A DNA stretch of 64,000 nt, from contig CAWJGT010000004.1 in the NCBI GenBank assembly GCA_963842525.1, positions 160,001 to 224,000 of the forward strand. Direction: 5' to 3'. Position numbers and translations under genes: made by a program. This DNA comes from an uncultured Holophagales bacterium (GTDB lineage: Bacteria > Acidobacteriota > Thermoanaerobaculia > Multivoradales > UBA5704). The number at the start of each line of letters is the position of its first letter. The stretch's first letter is position 1. The notes below the pieces were generated by a model that made no database searches, had not been told where the DNA came from, and was given only the letters and a program-made list of their open reading frames with translations. Below are positions 48,200-58,160 of the stretch, piece after piece.

Positions 48200-50680
48200 G
48201 GACAATAAGGACGGCAAGGACGAGCGGCTTTTTGGGGTCCTTGGAGTCCTTGTTGTCCTTTGAGTCCTTTCCGGGCCTCGGCAACCACAGCACCAGCGCA
48301 GCCGCCAGCGCGCCAGCCGCCAGCAGCGCCCCCGCCACCAGCCCCCGCGGCCGGTAGAGCAGCTCGACCGCGCGCTCGCCCGCCGGCAGCCAGGCGGCCA
48401 CGAAAGGTCCGTTGGCGACGAGGGTCGGATGGCGCTCGCCGTCCACCAGGAGCCGCCAGCCGCCGTCCTGGTAGACGCTGGAGGCGAGGAGGCGGGGCTC
48501 GAGTCAGCCGTGCCCGGGCGCGGATCCACGCCGGGTGGAGCTCCCGGAGGTCGAGCGCAGAGTCCCGCGGGGCCGCGGCCTCCCAGGGGTCTTCTGTGGA
48601 CAGCAGCGCGCTCCGGCGCCGGAAGTTGCCGATCGGCTGTGTACACCGGTTCCAGGTCAGCCCGGGCCGGCAGGGGATGGCGGAGCGCGGCAGGAACAGG
48701 CGCGGCAGCGCGCGCTGGTCCTCCCAGACCCAGGCGCTCCGGTGGCGGAGGACCGGCCGCATCGGTCGCGAGAGCCGGGTCCTCGGCGTGGTCACGAAGT
48801 ACCGCACGCCCAGGAGCTGATAGAGCGCGTCCTGCGGCAGGATGAAAGCCGTCCGTCGCCCGGAAGGGGAAGCCATGGATGCGCCGGATCGCCTGGACGA
48901 CCGCGGTCGGCTTGGCCGGATTGGAGGTCCGCGGGTCGGCGAGGCCGTAGACCGACGGGATGTTGGCGCGCAGGGCCGGGCCCAGTCCCACCATCCGATG
49001 CCAGGGATCGAGGTGCTGGCGCACGAATTCGATGGGACGCACCGCGGGATAGAAGAGCCGCGCCGGCACCGCCGCATTGACCGGTCCATGGATGAAGAGG
49101 AGCTCGGCACCCACGCAGGCCGCGACTGCCCAGCCGGCGAGGCGGGGCCGGCGCGATCCAAGAGCCGAGAGCAGGACCGCCGTGGCGGCCAGCGCCGTGA
49201 GCTGGACCGCCAGCGAAGCCTTCCGCAGCCCCTCGAATGCCGCGCTCGCTTCCGGGTCCGGATAAGCCAGATAGGTCCACACGATCAGGGCACCCAGGCC
49301 GGCCGCCGCTAAGCCGGCGCGCCAGAGGCGCATTTCTCCCCGCAGCCACCGTTCCCAGGCGCAGGCAGCGAGGTAGGCCACGCAGAATCCGAGGGTCAGC
49401 AGGATGCGCCGGTGCAGCGTGAGCGAGTCGCGCAGCACGGGCACGGCGAGGAGAGCCCGGGCGACCCACGGCGCGCGGGTGAGCACGACCACCGCGAGGA
49501 GGCTGGCGCCGAGCACCACGCGCTCCTGCCGGAACCGCCGGCCGCCCCCGGGCAGCAGCGTCAGGAAGGCGGCGAGCAGGGCGGCGGTGCCCACGAAGGC
49601 CGTCGCGTCCTCGTTGCTGTTGCCCTCGCCCCAGTAGGCGCCGAACCTGCTGTCGCCGAAGGCGCGGGGCGCGACGACGGGCAGCATGCGCTCCCCGAGG
49701 CCCGTGCCGCCCGGCGCGAGCTGCTCCTCCGACATGCTCGCCCGCACGATCCGGGCGCGGCGGGATTCGAGGAGCTGCACCCGCAGGCTCGCCGGCAGGT
49801 ACCCGGCCGCCGTCAGCAGCCCGGGTCCGGCCAGGCCGGCGCCGATCGCCACGGCCACGGCCCAGCCGAGCAGCGGCTTTTTCCTCGTGCCGGCCGGACG
49901 CGCCGCCAGGCGGGAGAGGGCGAAGGCCGCCGCGAGGAGCGCGAGGTGGAGGATCGTCTCCGGGTGCCCGGCGCCGAGGACGGCGAAGGTCGCCAGGGCG
50001 AGCAGGGCCTGGTCGCGCCGGGTCCCAGGGTCGTCGACCCGGACGACCGCGTAGAGCAGCAGCGGCAGGAGCGCCGCTGTATTCGCCATCGGCCAGTTGA
50101 GCCAGAGGAGGAGCCCGCCGCCGAGCCCGTAGGCCAGACTGGCGGCCAGGGAGGGCGCCTCCGAGATCCCCTGCCGGCGCAGCAAAAGGAAGGAGAAAAC
50201 GAAGGCGATCAGCACGCGCACCGCGGCCGTGACCGCTACCCCTGCGGCCACGGGGAAGGGGAGGGCGAGCCAGACCAGCGGCTGGAGCGCCTGCGTCTGC
50301 GGGTTGCCCAGCAGCGGCTCGCCGGCCCCGGCCAGATGGTTCCAGAGCGGCCACTCGCCGGCCACCACCGCCTCCCGCACCCGGATCAGCCAGGGGGTGA
50401 TCTGGAGGATCAGATCGGTCTGCAGGAGGTTGCCCGGTGGCGGTCCGGCGCCGGCCGGCCAGATCTCGCGAAACGGCGGAATCCGGGTCAGGGCCCCGAG
50501 AGGGAGCAGGACGCGGCCGGCGAAGAGCGCCGGACCGAAGAGGACCAGCAGCGCGGCCCCCCACACCGCCCAGCAGCGGACCGGGACCGGGTCGTACCAG
50601 CGCCGCAGCGCCACGGCGAGCAGCGTTGCGAGGAGGGCCACCCAGAGCCCGGGCAGGAGACAGAGGGGGAAGTCGTGCAC
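48174..50680 (-). CDS. YfhO-family membrane protein (GT-C-like), ~2 frameshifts
   Basis: GEWPLWN...GEPLLGNPQ, GHPET; PRLFL and W...VDGE...ANGPFVAAWLPAGE..VELLYRP in shifted frames. Confidence 0.8.
48179..48270. repeat. Inverted 9-bp microrepeat element (AAGGACNNN)n...(GTCCTT)n between convergent genes
   Basis: Five AAGGAC units at 9-bp spacing, followed by four complementary GTCCTT units. Confidence 0.75.
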
Positions 50681-50732
50681 GACGGGGCGAATCCTAAACC
50701 AGAGCCGCTGGTCGTGGTTGCCCGGCCAGGAT

Positions 50733-50801
50733 CCTCACCCCCTGACCCCCTCTCCCATCTCCCTTCCACCCCCCGCCGGGAGAGGGGGACAGGGGGTGAG
50801 G
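50733..50801. repeat. Self-complementary CCTCACCCCC-type REP-like element
   Basis: CCTCACCCCCTG-ACCCCCTCTCCC...GGGAGAGGGGG-ACAGGGGGTGAGG; same family as 6880-7121. Confidence 0.8.
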
Positions 50802-50872
50802 ACTCCGCGCGTCCTGCGCTAGAGTTCCCGGACCGCTCGGGGCAGACGCTCCGGGCTTGAAAAGGGGAATCC

Positions 50873-52961
50873 ATGCGCCAGCCGCTCTTCGCTTTTGCCT
50901 GCCTCCTCTGCCTCGCCGCCTCCGCGGTCCGGGCCGCGGAGCCTCATCCGTTCACCGCCCGCGACCTGAATGCGATGCAGCGGATCAGCGATCCGCAGGC
51001 CTCTCCCGATGGCCGCTGGGTGGCCTTCGTGGTGCGGACCACCGACTTCGAGGCCAACCGGGGCCGCAACGACATCTGGGTGGTGGGGGTCGACGGCAAG
51101 GGGCTCTTCCAGCTCACCACCGACCCGGCCGGCGACACCAGCCCGCGCTGGTCGGCCGACGGCAAGAGCCTCTACTACCTCTCGACCCGCTCCGGCTCCA
51201 GCCAGGTCTGGCGGGTCCCGGTCCCGGGCACGGACAAGGCGGCGGTCCAGGTGACCGATCTCCCGCTCGACGTGGCGAACCTCACGCTCGCGCCCGGCGA
51301 CTCCCGCCTGGCCTTCAGCCTCGAGGTCTTTCCGCACTGCCCGGACCTCGCCTGCACCAGCGCAGCGTCTCGACGACAAGGCGAAGAGCAAGAGCTCGGG
51401 GCAGCTCTACGACGGCGGCTTCGTCCGCCACTGGGACACCTGGAGCGACGGGCGCCGCAACCACCTGTTCGTGGCGCCGCTCGCGGCGGGCAGGATCGGC
51501 ACGCCGGTGGACATCAGCCGGACGCTGGCCGATGCCGACGTCCCCTCGCGGCCGTTCGGCGGTGCCGAAGAGTGGACCTTCTCTCCGGACGGCAGGACGC
51601 TGGTCTTCACCGCCCGCCTCGCCGGCGAGAAGAACCGCGAGGAGCCCTGGTCCACCAATTTCGACCTCTGGGAGGTGCCGGTGGACGGCTCCCGGCCGCC
51701 GCGCAACATGACCTCGGCCAACCCGGCCTGGGACGCGCAGCCGGTCTTTGCGCCGGACGGCAAGACCCTGGCCTACCTGCGGATGGCGCGCCCGGGCTTC
51801 GAGGCCGACCGTTTCCGCATCGTCCTGCGCGACCTCGCCACCGGCCGCGAGCGGGTCGTCGCCGAGGAGTGGGACCGCTCGCCCGCCGGCGTCTTCTTCT
51901 CGGCCGACGGCCGCACCCTCTACGCGACCGCGACGGATACCGGCCAGACGCCGCTCTTCGCCATCGACGCCGCCTCCGGCAAGGTGCGCAAGCTGGTCGC
52001 GGAGGGGCATGCGCGCTCGCCGGTGCCGGCCGGCGACCGGATCGTCTTCGGGCTCGATCACCTGCGCGCACCGGTGGACCTGCACACGGTCCGCGCCGAC
52101 GGCTCGGACCTGCGCAAGATCACCGACTTCAACCGCGATCTGCTGGCGGCGGTCCGCTTCGGCGAGCCCGAGCAATTCAGCTTCGAGGGGGCCGGCGGCG
52201 ACAAGGTCTGGGGCTGGGTGACGAAGCCCGCCGGGTTCCGGCAAGGAGGCAAATATCCCGTCGCCCTGTTCATCCACGGCGGCCCGCAGGGCTCCTTCAG
52301 CAACGAAATGCACTATCGCTGGAACCCCCAGGTCTTTGCCGGCGCCGGTTACGGCGTGGTCTCCATCGACTTCCACGGCTCGACCGGCTATGGCCAGGCT
52401 TTCACCGATGCCATCCGTGAGGACTGGGGAGGCAAGCCGCTGGTCGACCTCCAGAAAGGGCTGGCCGCGGCCGTCGAGCGCCATCCCTGGCTCGACGGCG
52501 ACCGCGCCTGCGCCCTCGGCGCCTCCTACGGCGGCTACATGGTGGCCTGGATCGCCGGCCACTGGCCCGAGCGCTTCCGCTGCCTGGTCAATCACGACGG
52601 GATCCTCGATCAGCGGATGATGTATTACGGCACCGAAGAGATCTGGTTTCCCGAGTGGGAGCAAGGCGGGCCGCATTGGGAGAACCCCGAGGGCTACGAG
52701 GCGCAAAACCCGGTGAATTTCGTCGCGCGCTGGAAGACGCCCATGCTCGTCATCCATGGCGGCCTCGACTACCGCATCCCCGACAACCAGGGTTTCGCCA
52801 CCTTCAACGCCCTGCAGCGCCGCGGCATCCCCAGCCGCTTCCTCTACTTCCCGGACGAGAACCACTGGGTGCTCAAACCCGGCAACGCCCTGCTCTGGCA
52901 CGAGGTCGTCCTGGGCTGGCTCGACCGCTGGCTGAAGGAGGAGAAGCAGACGTCCAGGTAG
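50873..52961 (+). CDS. S9 family peptidase (dipeptidyl-peptidase V-like), frameshift near 51365
   Basis: Signal peptide, PD40 propeller repeats (SPDG), IHGGPQ, GASYGG, DYRI, DENH. Confidence 0.9.
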
Positions 52962-53108
52962 CCCGAGCGAAAGCTTTATCGCGGATTCGTCACATTTTTA
53001 TGGGAGGAGAAGCCGTCGAATTTTCACCTTTTCTGTGGGCTCGCGGGTTGTCCAGGTTTCTTCCATGATTTTGTCCCGCGAAACGGCCCAGCGGCAACGT
53101 TGTCTATA

Positions 53109-53165
53109 GAGGGCAGTGCCATTTCTCGTTTAGCTGTAAAGAGATAGCACGGCATAGCTGCCCTC
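53109..53165 (+). promoter_or_regulatory. Bulged hairpin in the 5' leader of the pseudo-radical-SAM gene
   Basis: Nested pairings GAGGGCAG/CTGCCCTC, TGCC/GGCA, TCTC/GAGA and TTTA/TAAA, ending ~8 nt before the SD AGGAGGA. Confidence 0.45.
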
Positions 53166-53186
53166 GCAGTAGCAGGAGGACGTTGG

Positions 53187-54512
53187 ATGAACACCGCCGC
53201 TTTCCCGATGCCGGGCGCCCTGCGCTGGCGCGCCATGATCCCTTTGATCAATGGAGATGGTTCGTGCAGCCTGGTCTACGACCTGGAGCGCGCCGCCGTC
53301 CTGGAAGTCCCCGAAGAGCTCCAGTTCCATGTCGCTCTGGCTCTCGAGACCGGCGACCCGGACGACGGCCTGCTGACCTGGCTGGTCAACGAAGACCTCC
53401 TCACCGCGGAAGGCTGGGCAGGCTGGAGCGGGGACACGGCAGATGGGAGCTGGTGGGGCCCTGGCTCCGGATCGGCCTGGCGGGGCTGCGACGAGGTCCG
53501 CGCCTGCCTCGGCCCGGTCGCGGACGACGAGGTGGGCACGGCCCTGGAGGCGGTCTTCAAGCAGAGCGCCGGCGCCTCCCGCCTGCACCTGTCCCTGGAC
53601 TGGAACGGCGCCTTCCCCGGCAGCCCCTGCCTGGAGCGGATCGTCGTCGAGGCCGGCCGCCTGGCGTCCCTCGCAAAGCAGGAGGCCTCCTTTACCCTGA
53701 CCCTGGACGTCCGGCAGGTGACGCCGGTCGCCACGGCGTGCGCGGGCGACTACCCGATCCACCTGCGGGTGCGCTGCGGCGCCTTCCCGGCGCGGGAGAG
53801 CGATCCGGCGAGCCGCCGGGCCTGGGCCTCGGTCACCGCCCTCCTTCTCCGGCTCGCGGGCCTGGAGGAGCGCGTCACCGTGAGCTGCACCCTCGGCGAG
53901 GGAGCGCGGCTGCTCGACCTCTGGAGCTGGGCCAAGCGGGCCGGCATCCGCCACCTGGACGCGGTCCGCCTGTCGGGCAGCCAGGTCCACGAATACCGCA
54001 ACGACCTCCTCGCGGTCTCGCAGGAGATGTCGGCAGACCTCGAGGCACGGCGCACCCCGACCGGCTACCTGCCCCTGACCCGGATCGTCCGCCGGCTCAT
54101 GAACAGCGAGCCGCTGACCCGGTTCCGCGAGGCTGCCAGCGGCTGGGGCCTGGGAGTGGGTGTCAGCCGGCTGGAGAGCCTGGCGCTCGATCCGTGGACG
54201 AGCACCGAAGACGACGACGAGGCGCCAGGAGAGGCCGCCGCCGGTGCCGCGCCCTGCCTCGGCTGCTGGGCCCGCCAGATCTGCAACCACAGCTCGCTTC
54301 TCGCCACCGCTGTCGAGGAGGACCCGCGGGCGCCCTCCCGCGAGAGCTGTGCCGTCTGGCTCGCCGAGGTCGAGGTGGCTCTCCGCTTCTACCACCGTCT
54401 CGCCCAGTGCGAGCCCATCGAGGTGCTCCGGTTCCTCGGCGAATCGGCCCGCATGGCCACGGAGCCCCTGGGCTGGCGCGAGGACCTGGGATTCACGAAG
54501 CAGCCGAGCTGA
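53187..54512 (+). CDS. Degenerate radical-SAM/SPASM homologue lacking CxxxCxxC
   Basis: RRE-like N-terminus, rSAM barrel-like segment (ALEAVFKQSAGASRLHLSL...EAGRLA...SFTLT), C-terminal CLGCWARQIC...C...ALRFYHRL. Strong SD. Confidence 0.65.
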   Translation: MNTAAFPMPGALRWRAMIPLINGDGSCSLVYDLERAAVLEVPEELQFHVALALETGDPDDGLLTWLVNEDLLTAEGWAGWSGDTADGSWWGPGSGSAWRGCDEVRACLGPVADDEVGTALEAVFKQSAGASRLHLSLDWNGAFPGSPCLERIVVEAGRLASLAKQEASFTLTLDVRQVTPVATACAGDYPIHLRVRCGAFPARESDPASRRAWASVTALLLRLAGLEERVTVSCTLGEGARLLDLWSWAKRAGIRHLDAVRLSGSQVHEYRNDLLAVSQEMSADLEARRTPTGYLPLTRIVRRLMNSEPLTRFREAASGWGLGVGVSRLESLALDPWTSTEDDDEAPGEAAAGAAPCLGCWARQICNHSSLLATAVEEDPRAPSRESCAVWLAEVEVALRFYHRLAQCEPIEVLRFLGESARMATEPLGWREDLGFTKQPS

Positions 54513-54569
54513 GCCCTCTTCCGCTCGCCCGCACAGACCCGACTCCAACCAGGTCAGGAGTGTTGGCCG

Positions 54570-57500
54570 ATGCCCGAATCATCCAGAGACAGGTCGTTCC
54601 GCGCGCTGGAGCTCCTCGCCTACAAGCTGCCGTTGAGGCCGGGGAGGGAGACGCGGGAGGATCGCAGCCGGAGCATGCTGCTGCGGGCGCTCGACCAGGG
54701 GACGGCTGTCGCCTTCATCGGCAGCGGGATCTCGCGCCCTTTCGGATATCCGAGCTGGACCGGGCTCTCCCTGGAGGTGCTCCGGCGCACCGTACGAGCG
54801 CTCGAGCAGGCGGACCATGTCGCTCCCGGATCCCTGGAGTACATCACGGAGCTGCGCGAGGGTGCCCGTCGCATCGGAAAGAAGCTGCCGCCCAATGCTC
54901 TGATGTTCATGATCGGAGCCTGCAAGAAGGTGCTCGCGCAGAACGATCTGAGCCTCGTCTACGACAGCCTGTTCGAGAAGCGTTTCGCCCAGGCACCGCG
55001 CTCCAACTGCGAAGCCCATGTGTTCCAGGCGCTTCTCGCCATGCCGATCCAAAGGTTCGTGACCACGAATTACGATTGCGAGATCGAGCGGGCTCTGGCA
55101 CGTTTCCGCCAGGGTGCGGTGACCCCAAAGGATTTCGGTCTCGGATCGAAGCAGGACAGGCCGGATCGCAAGGGCCGGCTCTCCTTTACGCAGCACACTG
55201 AAAACCTGGGGCGGCTCGCGCTCTTCGCTCTCGCGGGAGCCCGGGGCAATGAGAACATGGTCTTTCACTGCCACGGACGTTTCGACGATCCGGCATCCAT
55301 CATCGCGACCGAGGCCGACTATCAGCAGTGGTACCTCGGGCAGGAGGATGGCGCCTTCCGCTCGTTCCAGCAGAGCATCGAGTTCCTCCTCGGCTCGAAC
55401 CCGCTCCTCTTCATCGGTTACAGCCTGAGCGACGAGGATCTTTTGCACCCCCTGCGCCAGCTCGGCGTCCTCGATCCGACGCGCAAGGACTCGCGGCCCA
55501 TCTTCGCGCTTCTCAAGTGCTCCGCGAAGAATCCGGAGGTGGATAGATACCACCACGACGCATTGTTCGAGCGGTATGGATTGCACGTCATCTCCTACCC
55601 GCTGGGGGAGAAACCCGACAACGAGACCGATGCGCTGCGCCGGGAGCTCGTGCAGATCCAGGACGACTTGAAAGCGGCGCACCGCCGATGGTCCCAGAAG
55701 CCTTTTCTGAAGAGGCCGGAGCGTCGTCCGGACGACAGCGAGCCGTACTGCGAGATCCAGGACGCCACGGAAGTTCCAGTGAAGCGTCTGGACCGCCTGG
55801 AGGACGAGGTCCACCGTCCGGGCATTCTGGTCCTGACCGGTCCTTCCGGCGCCGGCAAATCCCTCCATGCGATCCGTCTGGCGCGGGACTCGGGCTTCCC
55901 CAAGGCGTTCTACTGGAATGCCCACTATGCCCACGAGGCGGTGACCGCGATCGACAATGCCCTCGAATACTTCGGCTTCGGTCCGGCGCCGGAGATCCAG
56001 GGCTCGCGGTACGATCGGATCGCCGAGTGCCTGCAGAAGAACCGCTACCTGTTGATCATCGACGGCTGTGAGAGGCTGCTGCGCAAGGGGGAGAAACCGG
56101 GTGAAGGGGTCTCCTACAGCGTCACCTTCCGCCGTCTGCTGAGAGCTTTTGCCGATCCGAAAAGCCAGAGCACGGTGGTCCTGACGAGCCGGCTGTGGCC
56201 GGCCGACCTCGACCAGCTCCGCTGGGAGGATGGGGGCAGGCCCATCATCCGGCGCCTCCCGGTCCTGCGTGTGGAGGCGCGCGACCTCGTGAGCAACGAG
56301 CTCTTTGCCGGCCTGCCGGAGCCCGATCTCTCGGCCCTCTGCTCGCTCTTGCGGGGACACAACTACGGGTTGTTCCTCGCGGGCAGGTATCTGCGGGCCC
56401 AGGAGGGGAACGAGGAGCGGCGGCAAGCCCTGCGAGAGCTCAATCAGCAGCTCGCCGACCAGCTCCGCGACGAAAGGCTCCAGGAGATGGTCTGCCGGCA
56501 GATGAGGTGGATTGACGAGCACATGGGCGGAGGAGTGGTGCTGGCCTTCCTGGAGAGGCTCTCGCTTTTCCTCGGCGCGGTTTGTCAGGAGACCCTCGAC
56601 CTCTGCTACGAGGAGGCCTGCCCGGCGGCGTTGTCGCAGGAGAAGCGGTCGTGCAACGTCGTGCGCGACCGCCTGATCGAAGCCGGTCTGCTCTTCCGGA
56701 TGCGTCCGCGGGACTCCGGGGAAATTGCCGAGGCCTACACGGTGCACTCGACGGCCCGTGAAGCCTTGTTCCGCCGCTGGCACGGCCTTGCCTCCGAGTC
56801 GCTTCCTGCCTTCGGTCTGTCCGGATTCACCTCGGGGCGCGTCGGCGTCGATCCGGATCGGGCTCGTGGCCCCCTGATTCAAAGGCTTTTCAACCGCCTG
56901 ATCGAAGTCGCCGAGCTGCGGCTCGACAGGGCGGAGAAGGCGAAGGAGGAGGGCCAGGGGAACGCGGAAGAGGACGCGAGGAGAGTGGCCCGCGGCCTCT
57001 GCCGTGACGCCTTCGGTCTGGTGCGGACCCGGATGGAAGCGAACACGGCGCCGCGGTGGACCACGTACGACAAATACGTTCAGCTCCCGCTCGCCGTCGC
57101 GGTGCTGGCGAAGCGGGCGGCGCCGGGCTTCTGGAGCTACTGCGAGCACGCCGATGCATACGACCTCGCCGAAAGGGAGAACGCGCCTCTCTATCCGGCC
57201 GAGTTGGCCTGGCTCTACAACGATATCGCTCTCGCGCTGAGCGCCTCGGGGGATGTCCTCGATGCTTGCTCGTTCTGGGAGCAGGCCTACGAGATCAGCC
57301 GCCTCATCGAGCACCCCGGTACAGGCGGCGGGTTTCACCTGGAGATCCTGTTGAGCCTCGCCTTCACCACCATCGAAAGCGGGCGGATTCCCGCAGCCAT
57401 GAGATACCTGGATGACGCCGAGCGCCTCCTGCGTGAGTTTCATGACGAGGATTACGCGGCGCGGCTCCTCGGTCTTCGCGGCCTCATCCTCCATCTCCGC

Positions 57501-58115
57501 GGCGACCTGCAAGGGGCCGACGACCTGTACGATCGGTGTCTCGACCTGCTCCGCAGAGGGAGCAACCTCCGCGCCCAGAGCGTCTTCCTCAAGCACCGTG
57601 CCGACGTGAAGATCTCGATGCAGGCGCTCGAAGAGGCGGACCTCCTGATTCGCAACAGCCGCGCCCTGGCGGAGTCCGGGGTCTTCCCCGAGCTCGTCGC
57701 CAATGCGCGCATGTCCGAAGGGCACCGTCTTGCCCGCAGCGGACAGGCGGTCAAGGCCCGCCTGGAGTACACCGCCGTGCTGCGCGAAGCGCGGCGGATC
57801 GGCTTCCGCAAGCTCGAGGTGAGGGCGATGACCGCGCTCGCCCGTCTCGCCTTGGATCAAAAGGACGCCGATGGTGCCCGCGACCAGGCGATGAGAGCTC
57901 TCAGCATCGCCAACGAGCTCGGCCTGGGGTTGCGACAGAGCCATGCCCTCGTCGTGCTGGGGCTTGCCACTCTGGAGGCGGGGCAGAAGGATCTGGGCGT
58001 CGCCTATCTCCGGCGCGCCAAACGGCTCGCCGACGACCAGGAGTACTGGTCCCGCAGCCGCGAGGCCGAGAACAAGCTGCTGGAGCTGGGTGTGAATCCG
58101 GCTCTCGAAGACTGA
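54570..58115 (+). CDS. SIR2-like NADase + P-loop NTPase (STAND-like) + TPR protein
   Basis: FIGSGIS...PSW, TTNYD, HCHG and LFIGYSLSD (SIR2); GPSGAGKS and LLIIDGCE (Walker A/B), VVLTSR; C-terminal TPR-like helices. Confidence 0.88.
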   Translation: MPESSRDRSFRALELLAYKLPLRPGRETREDRSRSMLLRALDQGTAVAFIGSGISRPFGYPSWTGLSLEVLRRTVRALEQADHVAPGSLEYITELREGARRIGKKLPPNALMFMIGACKKVLAQNDLSLVYDSLFEKRFAQAPRSNCEAHVFQALLAMPIQRFVTTNYDCEIERALARFRQGAVTPKDFGLGSKQDRPDRKGRLSFTQHTENLGRLALFALAGARGNENMVFHCHGRFDDPASIIATEADYQQWYLGQEDGAFRSFQQSIEFLLGSNPLLFIGYSLSDEDLLHPLRQLGVLDPTRKDSRPIFALLKCSAKNPEVDRYHHDALFERYGLHVISYPLGEKPDNETDALRRELVQIQDDLKAAHRRWSQKPFLKRPERRPDDSEPYCEIQDATEVPVKRLDRLEDEVHRPGILVLTGPSGAGKSLHAIRLARDSGFPKAFYWNAHYAHEAVTAIDNALEYFGFGPAPEIQGSRYDRIAECLQKNRYLLIIDGCERLLRKGEKPGEGVSYSVTFRRLLRAFADPKSQSTVVLTSRLWPADLDQLRWEDGGRPIIRRLPVLRVEARDLVSNELFAGLPEPDLSALCSLLRGHNYGLFLAGRYLRAQEGNEERRQALRELNQQLADQLRDERLQEMVCRQMRWIDEHMGGGVVLAFLERLSLFLGAVCQETLDLCYEEACPAALSQEKRSCNVVRDRLIEAGLLFRMRPRDSGEIAEAYTVHSTAREALFRRWHGLASESLPAFGLSGFTSGRVGVDPDRARGPLIQRLFNRLIEVAELRLDRAEKAKEEGQGNAEEDARRVARGLCRDAFGLVRTRMEANTAPRWTTYDKYVQLPLAVAVLAKRAAPGFWSYCEHADAYDLAERENAPLYPAELAWLYNDIALALSASGDVLDACSFWEQAYEISRLIEHPGTGGGFHLEILLSLAFTTIESGRIPAAMRYLDDAERLLREFHDEDYAARLLGLRGLILHLRGDLQGADDLYDRCLDLLRRGSNLRAQSVFLKHRADVKISMQALEEADLLIRNSRALAESGVFPELVANARMSEGHRLARSGQAVKARLEYTAVLREARRIGFRKLEVRAMTALARLALDQKDADGARDQAMRALSIANELGLGLRQSHALVVLGLATLEAGQKDLGVAYLRRAKRLADDQEYWSRSREAENKLLELGVNPALED

Positions 58116-58160
58116 GACTGTGCGCTATCCTGGCACCCGGCGACGGCGCCTTTCCTCATC

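Noticed and set aside
46439-50680. 1413-aa minus-strand ORF
   Set aside because: It is the YfhO N-terminus running out of frame into the antisense strand of the 46517-48199 gene.
52962-53186. RiPP precursor peptide for the rSAM-like gene
   Set aside because: No convincing small ORF with an SD on the plus strand, and the enzyme lacks the SAM-cluster motif.
54579-57944. 1121-aa antisense ORF opposite the SIR2-STAND gene (and similar ones opposite fusA, kinases and peptidases)
   Set aside because: Long antisense frames are expected in ~70% GC DNA, and they show no recognisable motifs.
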